64,000 bases of DNA. It comes from Psammoneis japonica (Eukaryota). Under the pieces are notes generated by a model. That model made no database searches, was not told where the DNA came from, and was given only the letters and a program-made list of their open reading frames with translations. The stretch spans positions 334,182 through 398,181 of the forward strand of contig QPGO01000036.1 in assembly GCA_008632985.1 (NCBI GenBank), read 5' to 3'. A program made the translations under genes and the position numbers. Each line of letters begins with the position of its first letter. Position 1 is the stretch's first letter. This document shows positions 22,240 through 34,685 of the stretch, piece by piece.

Positions 22240-24461
22240 CATCAGAGCATGCATTGCAGTGATCCAGACCACCTTTCTCATGGTGATTTTTTAATCTGTC
22301 ACAGTGCAAAATTCTGTGGTTTCAAACCTTGACAGTTGTGCAGCTGGCAATGACATGTCAACTGTGGCAGATTAACATTTTCATGCTGTGAGATCAGACC
22401 CCCCCTCCCCATGACAAAAATTGTTTCACCATGAAACAGGGACACTTTTTCCCTGTGAGAGTGCCCACCCTCCATCCCCACAAAACCTGTAAATTAAAAT
22501 CATTTGCACTGCACCATGAACATTCTATTTTGTTGTTTGCATCTAAACCAAATGATGCCAATGGAGACAACACCCTAGAGTCTGCAGCAGCAGTTGCAGC
22601 TCACTTTCTTTAAGTGCCGCTGCTGGCAACCACCTTGTTCATTGCCAAAAAAGTGCAGAATGTGTTGTGAGAGTGCAGTGTGGATGAGCCAACACCGCCA
22701 ACAGGAGTGGCAACATGGACTTGCCGGCGCATCCAGCACTGCTGATTCTGGAACAGGCGAGTTTGCAGCAGGAGCTGCTGCTCCATTGTTTGAAGTGCTG
22801 CTGCTCTGTTCTGCCTCATTCATTGCCAAAAAGAGCAAAACACATTGTGAGAGTGTTGCATGGATGAACCAACACAACCCATGGGAACGGCAACATGGAC
22901 GTGCCAGTGCATCTGACACCACTGATTCTGGAGCAGGCAAGTTTGCAGCAGAAGTGCTGTTGCTCCTCTGGCACTGATCCACCTTGTTCATTGCTGAAAA
23001 GCACAGAGCACATTGTGAGAGCATGATGCAGATGACCTAACATGATCCACAACACACACTTGCCGGTGCATTGGTGCATCTGGCACAGCTGATTCAGGAG
23101 CAACGTAGATGCCGGTGTGCAGTGTGAGATGTGGAGCCCCCAGCTCCACCCCTGCAACTCAAAGAAAACACAGAAAGAAAGCATGTGAGCAAGTGAAAAA
23201 CCTCCTGTGCTGCGGACGGTGCGTTGATGACATGTTTAGAGCACAGACCAGAAACAGCAGAGAGACTTGGGAAGCCTTTAAAAATGAGCCCAACAACTCA
23301 GGCAACCTTCGATGGGTTGCCTCCCCACTCTCCACCTCTGCAGTCTTTCTGGATCCAGACACAGAAATTGGAGAAGATGGGTGCAACGCAAGTGAACACG
23401 TCAAAAACAAATGAAGCTCTTTTTGTGCATGCCTTTTTTGAAGAGTGCCAATTGTGGTGTTGCAATGAACTTTTCATGTGTGTGATTCTGAGAGCTGCAG
23501 GAACAAGCACCGCCTGCAGTCTTTCTGGATCTGGGTGCAGAAATTGGAGAAGATGGATGTGTTGTTGGCAAATGCATCAAAAACCAATGAACCTCTTTTT
23601 GCACATGCCTTGTTTGAACAGCGCAATTCATGACAACTTGTGATGATTCTGGACGCAAAACTCTGACATGCGTGATTGTGCCAACACTGCAGAAAAGCAA
23701 GTTTGTGATGTGTGTGCACACAACACACAACAACACACCAGCAGCTCAGCACTCTGGATGCGGCAGATTTGTGACAGCACACTCGCAATCACGAAATTCA
23801 AGCTGTGCCCAAATAAAACCCCATCTTGACAAACACCAGAAGGACAGCAGGTTTCACCACATGTTAAGCTGCTGTCATTGGCCAATGGGGCAAAGTCTTT
23901 CACCGCCATGGCCAGTTGTCAATTTGCAGATTTGTGACCACATGCAGGATCCACGTGAATCACAACAGTGCACGCTCTCATTTTTCAAGCTTTGGGGAGA
24001 GGGTGTGCTGTGGCAAAGTGTGCAGAAAATTGCACATGCAAAACACACACTGAAAACACCGTAGACCAACAGGCTGCGTAAATCTGGGAAACATGAAGAA
24101 AAATGAAGGTGGGTCAAGTGTGTGCGTGAAGTGCTGCAGACTGCACACTGCAAAGACACATGCACGTGAGTGAGGAGGACAACATTGAAACCAAGTTCAA
24201 ATTGATCATGACCAAAAGGAAACTAAACCATGCATCACAAAAAATGGATTTTGATCTCAACTGAATTAAACATTGCATGCATTTGATTGAAGCTTGTGCA
24301 AGAAAAATTAATGAGACATCAGATGAAATGCAAAAACAGCTTCATTTTGTTGAGCACTTTTGCTGGCATTTTTTAAATTCTGCTTTTGTTGACAATTTTG
24401 ACAGTGCACATTAAAAATTTTACAATGGAAAGTGGAAAGCACCACATTGCCACCTCTGATG
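22240..24461 (+). mobile_element. Non-autonomous TIR element family 'CATCAGAG', copy B (complete)
   Basis: TG|CATCAGAGCATGCATTGCAGTG ... CACATTGCCACCTCTGATG|CA; the flanks fit a mutated TA TSD. Confidence 0.9.
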
Positions 24462-26283
24462 CATCAGAGCAGCCAAGTGTTGCCAGTGGTGGCAGGGCTG
24501 GCAGAGTGCACAAACCGATGCAACGCATGGTTGAAAGCCAGCAACAACGAGCCGCCGGCATCGTGTCGCATCACACAAATTACAGCGAGCACTGCGATGC
24601 CATGCCTGAAGATGACTGCAAGCTGCAAGACAACATGGACTCACCTTTTGCCTTCTTGGCCAAAACAGACCCTGACACCATGCATTTTGACCAAGCCATG
24701 AAAGAACCAGACCAAGACGAGTTCATCAAGGCTTGCATCAAGGAGGCAAATGACCACATTGAGTGCAAACACTGGGTGCTCATGCCCATTAAAGAGGCCC
24801 CAGAGGGTGTGGACATGCTCCCTGTGATCTGGTCTGTGAAGAGAAAGAGAGACACATCAAGACAAGAAAGGTGTGCAAGTGCAAGTCCAGGCTCAACGTG
24901 CATGGTGGTGAGCAAGAATTGGCTGTCAACTGTTTTCAAACTTGCGCCATGGTCGTCAACTGGAACACTGTCTGCTTCCTGCTCATCCCATCCATCCTGA
25001 ATGGGTGGCACACTCGCCAAGTCAATTTTGTGCTGGCTCATGCTCACACCAATGTCAAGTGTGACATGCACATGGAACTTCCAAAAGGTGTTGAAACCAA
25101 ATGTGGCAACGGCAAGACTCATGTTTTGAAATTGTTGAAGAGCCTGTGTGGACAGAAACAAGCAGGCAGAATTTAGGGCAAGCACTTGAGACAAGGTCTG
25201 GAGAAAATTGGTTTCAAGCAATCATAAGCTGATGAGCATCTCCACCACAGAGGAAATGTTGTTTTCACACACTGCACCGATGATGGCATTTTTGCCTCAC
25301 CAGATGAGGCTGCTGTCGACCAAGCTGTCACGGACATGTGCAATGAGAACTTTGATGTTGATGATCAAGGGAGCATTGACGATTGTCTTGGTGTCAATGT
25401 CGAGACTCTCCCTGATGGACGCACAAAACTTGTGCAACTGCATGTGATCAATCAGATGCTGAAAATGGCGAACTCACCTCAATGTGCACCAGACAAGCAA
25501 ACTCCAGCTCCAGCATCCAAAATGCTGCACAGACACAAAAATGAAGAGCCTTTTGATGGTTCCATTGACTGCAGAGTTGTGGCTGGTGAACTCAACTTCC
25601 TTGAAAAGTGCACCAGACTGGACACAGCTTGTGCAACACATCAGATTGTGCATGATTTTCGAGCAACCCCAAGCAATTGCACAACAAGGCAATGCCATGG
25701 CCATGTGAGCACCTGCACACAACCAGACACAAAGGCATCATGCTTGATCCAGATGAGGACAAGTCATTGGAAGTCCACGCAGACGTGGACTTTGCAGGCA
25801 ATTGAAACAAGCTGACTGCCCCATGTGATGTCAGCACCTCAAAGTCACAAACTGGATGTGTCATCTCACCTGTGCCAATTGTCCTGTGGTTTGGACATCC
25901 AAGCTGCAGGCACAAATTGCACTCAGTGCAACAGAGACCAAATGTGCTGCACTGTCTGAGAGCCTCCAAAGTGCCACACCGTTTGTCAATTTGACACACG
26001 AGTTCCAAGAACATGGACACAAGGTGCCATCAGAAACTCCTTTGGTCCACTGCAAGGCTTTTGAGGACAACTCTGGTGCCCTGGAGATTGCAAGATTGCC
26101 CAAGATTTGCCCAAGAACCAAGCACTTCAACACTTCACTCCATCATTTCAAAGAACATGTTGGGAATGGCGTCATCTCCATTTTTTTTTCATTGACACCA
26201 CTGAACAAATTGCAGACATGGCAACCAAGCCAAATCCTCAGAATTTGTTTGTGAAGCTGCACAAGAAGCTGCTCAAGTGGTGA
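24462..26283 (+). pseudogene. Copia reverse transcriptase / RNase H remnant
   Basis: DPDTMHFDQAMKEPD, WSVKRKR, HMELPKG, LKSLCGQKQAGR (canonical LYGxKQ), CTDD at ~25272 (YxDD), IALSATETKC, FEDNSGALEIARLPK.PRTKH. Confidence 0.95.
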
Positions 26284-26326
26284 TTTAGATTCAAGTCACA
26301 GCTGCGCCCAACACTTTCAAAGGGAG

Positions 26327-26688
26327 TGTGACATTTTAGAATGACTGTGGACATTTCAAGACATCCAAAATCTCAGAATTTCTGCACGGCTGAGTCAGAC
26401 ATCAGAAAGTTTCAGTGCAAGTGTTGAATCTCTGCCCTGAACCTCAGCACAGGATCTGCAAGAGAGACATTCAAAGAGTGTCTGTTTTCTTGTGTGGCAC
26501 ATGTCCAGAAGGCATTGAGATTGCTTCTCATGCAGATCACTTTTAGATCAGCTTGACTCACAATTTCAACTGAGCACAAGTTGGCAGTGCAACTCATTGC
26601 TGTTTTGCTGGCTTTTGGTGCCTTGCACTGGCTGATTGTCAGCATTGCATTCTGCAGATGGGACCTGTTTGCTGGGTAGAATCCCACA
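26327..26688 (+). repeat. 3' LTR
   Basis: TGTGACATTTTAGAATGACTGTGG...AGAATCCCACA; preceded by the PPT and followed by TSD CCAAA. Confidence 0.93.
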
Positions 26689-26699
26689 CCAAATTGTTG

Positions 26700-28650
26700 T
26701 TCCGTGCGTGGTCCAGGTTGGTGGTTGACGGTGTTGATTGTGTGGGATGACAAAGGTTCAATGCAGGGCCCTGCCGGTGGTCACAATGTGGTGGTGGAGT
26801 GATGAACTTGTTTGCTGGCTTAGCGAAACTCAAGGGACCACCAAGGCACGCATTTTCAATGTGCGTGCACTGCTTGAGCAACTTGATCTTGCCAATCTCC
26901 ATTGGAATGGAATTCAGAAGTAGCTCCTGCTGATTCTCAGATCTCTAGAATGTGCAATCCCTGCAATGCAGTTCCTTTCAACTTTCCCAAGCAGCCAAAA
27001 TTCAAAATGTCCAGGACAAGAAGATCTGTCAGCTTGGCAAACTGGAGAGGGGTGCCTTCATGGATGAAGTCATTTGAGCCAATGTTCAAGCAACACAGGT
27101 CACTCAACTCTTTGAAGAAAGCACGCCATTTGTCTCTGGTGCAAAAGCACATTTTTTTGCATTCGATGGCCATTTGTGTGCTGAAATCCAGGCACAAGAA
27201 TTTTCCGCATGTGACTCTTCCACTCTAGAGTGTCTTTCATGGAGAGCAATGCATGTCATCAGGATCCTTGTTGCCAGAGGGCATGTGTCAGGGAGGCTGG
27301 CATCCCAGCACTCATTGCTGCAGCGATGCTTCTTCTTGATCATTGCGCCTGGTGAAGGTGCTCATCATGACCATTGAAGCATCAACAAGTTTGGGTCAGA
27401 AGCAATGACTGAGCTGGTTGAATCATTGGAGGATCCCAAACTCTTTGAACCACACCAAAAAGTCATTGGAGGGAATTGCCTTTGCATGTGTGTGCACCGG
27501 CATGGGACTTGGTGATGGACATGAGGCAGCATGGTGCTTGGCGCAATTGCATTTTCATGCCAAGGCAGTCTTGTTTGTGACTGATGCAGCTGATGCATGG
27601 CAACTGGATGAAGTGGAGCACAAACTGGATGGATGGATTAAACAACAAGAGATTTTTTAGACAATTTGCCAGTTGCGCGTTGCGCTGCTGCTCAACAAGT
27701 GTGGTTTAGAACAAGCCAAATCATCAGAAAAAATGTTGAAACGATTCAATGTCAAGAACTGACTCTAAAAGGACAATGACATCAAGAAGCATTTTAGTGG
27801 GTTTCATCATTTTTCTGAGCAAAGGAAATGATCAATTGTTGATCTTCTTTGGGCTTGCTGCAGATGCCTGTCTAACGAGACATCGAGCATTGAGCCAGAA
27901 CAATGACTTTGGAAGATGCTCTAGCCTGTCCTCAATCACACACCATGCAACATGCTGCAGACAAACAGCGTCATTCCATTTGGCCCTTGCTGCAAAGTTG
28001 CTGAGTGCTTTGGCCTTTGGAGCATCTTGGGATTTCTGGGTCAAAGCAAAAAACCCTTCTGCCAGCAATGTGTTTGCACGCTGCCATTTGTCTGTGATGA
28101 AGCGCGCATTGCGTGCCCACACCCTTTCATCTCATCTTGGGAAATGATTGAGTGCAGGTGCAAGAGCTGCAGGCAAGCAATCTTAGATCAATGCTTCCTT
28201 AAAATTTGGTTGTCAGTTGAAGTGGCAATCCATTGTCTTGCAAGTTCCCAAGGTTTCGCCGTGCAAGCACACTGCACTTTGAAGTGGCTCCCACTCGTGC
28301 AAGACACAGGGATGAGGCCACTTTTACCAGAGTGTGAGAGTGCCACTCATGCACTTCAAAACCAATCTGATTAAAATTCGTTGCAACCGGAAATTGACAC
28401 TTCAGCATCGCGGTGCATTAGATTTGGAGAACAGTGCTCTTGCGCGCCAGCCACTCTCTCGGTGTTGAAAAATTTAGATCCTTCAAGAGCAAGAGCAGTT
28501 GGTTGTGACAATGGGCACATGGCTTTGCAATCGATGTGAAGATCAATGGCACCGCGAGATGTGAATGAAGCAATTCATTGGATTTCAGGACATGACTCTC
28601 ACGGACCAACCAAGAGCAGAAGTTGAAAAAGGAAAGTTCTGGGAAAAGCG
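26700..28650 (-). pseudogene. TA-depleted degenerate coding-like sequence, product not recognised
   Basis: Protein-like fragments on the minus strand (e.g. 26937-27197, 27832-28122) without Tyr; no motif I can assign. Confidence 0.35.
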
Positions 28651-29402
28651 GAGTGGACTGCTCTCTAGCCGCTAGAGCTGCTCTAGCAGAGCAGCCACTG
28701 CTCTCTACTCTACCGGCAGTAGAGCAGAGCACAGCAGAGTGGGACTTGCACTCTGGCTGCTCTAGAGAGCTGTCTAGCTCTAGCTAGCTAGAGGGAGCCA
28801 TGGTCGGTCGTAACGCACCGGTGCGTGCCGGCCCCGGCAAGGACAGACGTCTGCTCATCGTAACGGTCGAATGAAGAAATCTTCGTGCGCACCGCAAAAA
28901 GATTCACGATCAAGGACCAACTCCCGCGCGGGAGCACTTTCTTCCATGTATTTTACCATGGTCTCTGATCCACTTTGATCCATTCATCGGAGTCGAGCTC
29001 TCTACACAATTTTATGTACATTAGACAAACACAGAGGCAATGACTAACACAAAGATGGTCATTCAACGCGCTCTAAAAGAGTTTCCAGTACAAACTTTAC
29101 ATGAAGCTACCTGAAGCAACTCCCGCACGGGACCCTGACTAGCTCACAATTTCCTAAACAAAGTGGTCGCACGGGAGTAGAATGATGGACCAAAATGGAT
29201 GAGTACCGGAGTTTTTTAACGTGCTCGTCTACGGAGGCAAATCTTAAAATGTACCAGGCGCCGTTAACTTTCTACACGGTCTTTTTGAGGAGGACCAAAA
29301 CGCGATCACTTCGAGAGCACTTCACTTTTTCCCATCTCGACGCTCTCACAATCCGAGAAACTCGCAAACTTTCACTCACTCAAACTTCCTCAAGCATTTA
29401 CC

Positions 29403-29894
29403 ATGAAGCTCTCTACCATCTTCTCCATCGCCGCCCTTGCCTTGGCTACTCCCAACGCCGTCTCGGCCAACTTCGCCATGTACGAGGGAAGCATCTTCAT
29501 GGTCAGCGAGACCGATGCGGAACTCACCGCCTCTGACACCCTCTACCTCGACATGATCGTCAAGGACGCCTACAACGAGGCTCATACCGGCGGTGACTTT
29601 ACCGCCGAGGTTGCTGTGGTGAGCGACCTTGATCTCGTTAGCCGCCGTGCTCTCAACGAGAATGGAGAGCGCAAGCTTCCTAACAGTGGAGGCTGGGCCG
29701 GTGTCGTTCAGGTCGGAGGACAATGCTACTTGTGTGGTGGGGGTCGCCGTGGCCTCAAGGGAGGAGAAGAGCAGCGCCGTCAGCTCGACGATGCCGTGGT
29801 GGCAGCGCTCTTGTGCAACAAGCTCGCCACGGGCTCCAACAGCAAGTTTCATGGCGTATCTGACTGCCAGGTCAGCCTCATCCTTGTCGAGTAA
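29403..29894 (+). CDS. Secreted protein of unknown function, 163 aa
   Basis: Signal peptide MKLSTIFSIAALALATPNAVSA; strong C-ending codon bias; CYLC motif; clean start and stop. Confidence 0.88.
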   Translation: MKLSTIFSIAALALATPNAVSANFAMYEGSIFMVSETDAELTASDTLYLDMIVKDAYNEAHTGGDFTAEVAVVSDLDLVSRRALNENGERKLPNSGGWAGVVQVGGQCYLCGGGRRGLKGGEEQRRQLDDAVVAALLCNKLATGSNSKFHGVSDCQVSLILVE

Positions 29895-30484
29895 GCGCCG
29901 CCTCTTCGCTTAGCGGGAGCTCAGGACCTTCTACGGATATGGATATAAGCACGATCGATCCTCGAGATCTTGTCCGGAGATTGATGTCCCTTTAGAAGTA
30001 TTCGTTGAGTCTTATCGGACCTGCCAACGATGTACGAGGAGTCGGTAGGATTTCGTTGGTGTGGCATAACTTTTAGTGACATGGATATATGTGAGCCTTG
30101 TCGAGTACAGTGTAGTGTTGTTCGTACTCTGCTGTTAACACTTCTGTAGTCGACTGGCCTTTCACCTTGCTCAAGAAGGGGTGCGTTCTCAATTCTGCTT
30201 TCGTTCGAGTTGAAGGAATCGTTTCATCGCCGCGTGCGAATTGTCGCTGCTGGAATGTTGGAGAATAAGGCATTTATTGTTGGTATCTCTGAACCGTGTC
30301 CGGCTAAAGCTCGAAACGATTTATAGCTTGTGCACGTTACTGATGTAGGGCATGAATTTGTTGGGCGGTGGGAGAAATCTATGGGAAACCAAGCCAGACT
30401 TGCTACTCAAGAATCAACGTGAATGGAAACGATTGTACAATACGGGCTAAGGATTTTGCAGAACTGCTAGAGATTGACGCGTTG

Positions 30485-32359
30485 TTACTCATTATGAGAT
30501 GTTGCTATTTCTGGATGCTTCGTCTTTAAATCCAGGAGCGCTTCCAGCAAAACTGAGGCAACCTCCTTGGCGGAAGCGCGTTTACGTGGATCCAAAACAA
30601 AACAGAGTTTCATTGCTTTCTTAATTGCAAGCACGATCGGATCATCTGAATTGATGTACATTTTGTGGAGTGCAGGTGGTTGTCCGTTCGCCACTTCGAA
30701 ACGGACAATATCTAGTCGCTTCTGCTTATTCATTTTTCCACGGGGTGAATGGGATGTCAATACATGATAGAGTAAGTTGCCCAAGCTGTAGACATCCGCC
30801 TTTTCGTTTACGAGGCGAAGTTCACCGGGTTTCGGTATCACGACCTCTTCCGGTGCGCGCCACCAAGGCTCGTGCAAACGAGAAGGAAAGCCGCAGGTTT
30901 CGTTTGTCTTGGGATTGATCCGTAAAAACTCTGCAGTGTTGAAATCATTCAACTTTGGTTTACCGTTCTTCACAATAGCAATGTTGCGAGGGTTTAAGTC
31001 GTAATGCACCATTGCAGGTATTGCGTCAGCACCATTTACTTGATGGACGTGCGCTACGCCCACAGCAACTGACGCTGCAACTTGCAGCTTGACAAAAAGA
31101 GCTTGTGGTGATTCCTTTCCACGAAGCTGACGATCAAACAATTCTAGATTGGTGAGACCGCCGTGGCCAAAGCTTGCGATTTCATTGATCGCTGACTGGC
31201 CACAGTACCCATAGATATCCATTACGAAGGGGCTAAAGGTAAGCCGTTCCATAGCAACAGCATCGCGGCGATGCAATTCGTAAAACTCGCTGTAGAACTC
31301 TCGTTCAAGTCTATCAAATGACGGGCGGTAGGATAAATTGAGTTTGAGATAAATTAGGCAACAATAATGTTGACAAACATGTTCTCCTGTTTGATCTTAC
31401 CGTAGCGTTTTCAATACGACAGTTTCGTTGTTTGCACCCAAGTTGACTTGCCACGCATCTCTGAACCATCCATTTCCCATGTGGCTAACGGAATCTTCAA
31501 AGTCTGCATTCTTTCCAGCGTTGCGACCGGCGGCTTGCAACTCTAATTCATGCAACATGTTACAATTAGGAAATGACGACGTTTGCCATTCTGAAAGGTA
31601 GACACAGTTTTCGTCGTGATGGTCCGCAGTGAAGCCGTCTTGGGGCATTGCTTCCTCACCCGGTGGTGCGTGTAGTGTCAAGTCGTCCTCGAGCGGACGT
31701 GGATGAAATTCCCCGTCAAAGCCATGGCGTTCGTCAAAGTATACTAGACGCGGTGCAGAAGCTTCACCCTTCCGTTCCTTGTTCGTCGTTGCCTCTGTGG
31801 ATACGTTGCGTAACAATGAGTCAACGGAGCTCTCTTCAGGTACTGTAGCGGGGTCGTTATGAAAGTCTTGTTCTTGATGTTTGAAAAGATAAAGTGCAAA
31901 GGATAGCGTAGCAAACGAAATGGAAACAAACACCAGTATTCCAAAACAGGTCGTATTTCTCCGGCGTTTCAAAGAAAAATGACCCACTGATGGACGAGAT
32001 TTACGTATCGGTGATGGAGTCAAGGATAGGGCTCGTCTTGCAGTGTCCAAGTCATCACTTTGTGATCGACGATGCCGAATGTGAAATCTACCGCATCTGC
32101 CTGGGGGGAGCTTGGCCGTACTCACTGTCGGAGAAAAGCGACTGAGAGACACTGGCGTCGCCAAACGAGGAATTTCCAATGATGCAGGATAGCTTTCTTC
32201 AACACTATAAAGTGGTCCAGAACTTCTATTATTCTCTTCTTCTTTCATTGCAGATGACACGGGTGATGCGAATTCGGAATCAACGGTGTTTTTTGCGGCC
32301 TTTCTGTCATGGACAGGAGGCGGAGACATGTGCTGCTTTCTCGTGCTTGAATGGAACAT
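30485..32359 (-). CDS. Type II membrane protein kinase, paralog 1 (exons 32359-31401 and 31310-30485)
   Basis: TM helix followed by a kinase domain: GNGWFR loop, VVLK, HYDLNPRN, LNDFN, WRAPEE, DVYSLG. GT-AG intron 31400-31311 restores the frame (KTLR/LEREFY). The start may be the second Met. Confidence 0.92.
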
Positions 32360-32963
32360 TATGAATGACGCACGTAGAAGAAAGAAAATCTCTCGAAAAT
32401 GTGAGATGTCCTGCTACAAGTCTCCAAGTACTCCCAAGTTGCTTGTGCTGAATTTCGCTTTGTAGCGATGTGTCGGTATGTTTGAAAGCTAGTCCGTCCT
32501 GTGAATTCCTCAAAGCTCTTCTCCTATTTTCCCAATCTTTTTGTAAACTCAGATAACGATACCCGTACTGTAGTCCCTCTCCAACGAAGATGATTCAGTC
32601 GCACGACGACTTTCCCTCCATCATTGGCGAAAACCACCGTTGGGGAGCGGCATCGAATTTTTGAATCGCTCGCTCACGAGTCGTCGTCAAGAACCCGACC
32701 GGCGTGTTTGTCCGTTGAGTCTTACGAAAATTACAGTATGACATTTGTGTGAAATCGACAGAATCAGTGCACACCAATGATCAGACTTTGTTGAGTGTGC
32801 TTCCCGAATTGATGTGTCACAACATTACAAGCATGTAGTTAGATGCCGGCAGTAAGCACTGAAGTCTGAAGTTGCATGAAGTGAGTGATCAACTAGAGTA
32901 GAGAGTACTCTCTCTCTCTGCTGTGGCTGGAATTGATTTTTAGAAATTTGGAGTAGATTTCTA

Positions 32964-34685
32964 CGTGATTGGTGCAACACGTCACCAAGTTGAAGTTCAT
33001 TTTGTTGGAGGGAAAACAAAAAGCACGAGAATCATCACGTGCCCGGTCGCTCGACGATGATGCTCACAGCTTCTTGAAAATCCATGGCTTTTAGCACTAC
33101 CGACCTATGCCCACCTTGCCAACCCACCTGTGAAGCTCCCTGAGGGCCGAAGTGCAAAAACCCATCATGTCTGATGTCCGAAAATCGCTTGCATCAAAAC
33201 ACATGCATCGGCTGTTCTTGGATTCTCGCGTTCAGAATCAATGGATGCCAGTGGACCTGTGGGCAGAGTGCTGCAATACAAAAGTCAACATCAATGATGA
33301 GAGAGTCAAAAATGGGGGCAGACAATTGAAGAAGCCGTGTGGCAGCATCAGCGGGGTGTTTCGAGTTTGACGGAAGAGAACAACATTGTTGCTGACGGGG
33401 TGAATTTGTACGAAACGGAATGCCAACATGGCAGTCAAGCCCAACCCCTTTCCCGACTTTACAAATTGCTTGAAGCAACTCAAGGACAAAAACAAAGCCC
33501 GTGCATCCCGGTTCTGCACCGACCTGCAAGACGTTTTAAGGACTGCAAACTCCCGAACCTCTGTTTGGACACGAGAATTTCAATCACTTTGTCGGATCCA
33601 AGTCTTTGGCAAAAAACATTGACATTTGTCATGATCTTGCAAACCGAAGTCGATCTTTGCCACTGAGCATCAGCAAGGGCATCGTGGGAGCACTTTCAAT
33701 GGGTGCAATTTAGGACAAGACGATTTTGAGGACATTGCAGCTTTCTGTCAATCAATTGACATCATGCTTTTGAACCGCCAATGACGATGGCTCGTTGTCA
33801 CACTGCCGGAGGCTTGTCTGCACTGCCGTCTGCTTGCTTTAAGAACGAATTGGCCACTTGCGCCTTCTCCACCAACAGATGTGTGTTTGGTTTGAGCAGC
33901 AGGTGGATGGGAACGGGTGCAAGTTTCGTCTCTGAATGCACACCCCAAACAACACTGCCAAACCAATCAAAGGAGTGCAAGCACTGCCATCACAGCTCTA
34001 GAACAGTTTGTTTACATTCAAGAACGAACAGGTCTAGGCCCCACCCGCCCACGTGGTGTCGGTAGAAGAGAGCAAAGCCAAGGGTGGCATCAAGCGACGA
34101 CGGCATCAGAGGCACCAGCAACTGGCAACAATCATTTCACAATTCAAAATGTGGCAGTGCTTCATTGCACACTCTTCCTGTGGAGACACTTGCCTCTTGT
34201 GTAGACATCTCGAAAGGAACTGCGCCACTTCAGCATCACGCACATCGCATGGGAGCACGCGTGGTCTTGACTCCAAAATGTCATTCTGAACTGGCATGGG
34301 AATGCACAGAATGTCTTTGGGCTTGTGCAAAAGGTGAGCATCGAAACCTTTTCCTGTCACAGAAAATGGGAAAAGAGAATTTCAAGAAATCTGTCAGGCA
34401 CTGCTTGTTGGATGAGGTGTTGTCAAGCGCACACGCAAGTTTGCAAAGAGAGCACCACGGCACACTCAGGCTTGCCATGCAACTGATGATGGATGTGTTG
34501 AGGACACAAAGAGGGTCCATGAATTTGGACCCACTCCCAACTGGAAGGTCTGTATTATTTGGACCCGTTGCACTCGACAAGACGCACCGGTGTACTGTTG
34601 CTTTTGCTTTCAAGTTTGCATCAACAGCGTCGCCGAAGGCGATGTTGTGATGCTTCGAAGCGTTGCATGAATTTTCGAAATCACG
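32964..34685 (+). mobile_element. Internally deleted DNA transposon remnant (Tc1/mariner-like DDE transposase C-terminus)
   Basis: TPKCHSELAWECTECLWACAKGEHR matches the diatom transposase motif TPKCHxELAGEGIEYSWxxAKxxYR (from memory). Ends TA|CGTGATT ... AATCACG|TA. Interior TA-depleted. Confidence 0.7.

Larger units (their letters stand above)
12158..26688 (+). mobile_element. Degenerate full-length Ty1/copia (CoDi-like) LTR retrotransposon with a 7.9-kb nested insertion
   Basis: Paired LTRs; 5-bp TSD CCAAA (12153-12157 and 26689-26693); PPT AAAGGGAG before the 3' LTR; gag-PR-IN-RT-RNaseH order. Confidence 0.95.

Noticed and set aside
12158..26688. ADAR/APOBEC editing during retrotransposition as the cause
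   Set aside because: Changes occur as both A->G and T->C on one strand, differ between the two LTRs, and affect DNA transposons, introns and TSDs.
29376..29852. 158-aa minus-strand ORF
   Set aside because: Antisense shadow of the codon-biased gene at 29403-29894.
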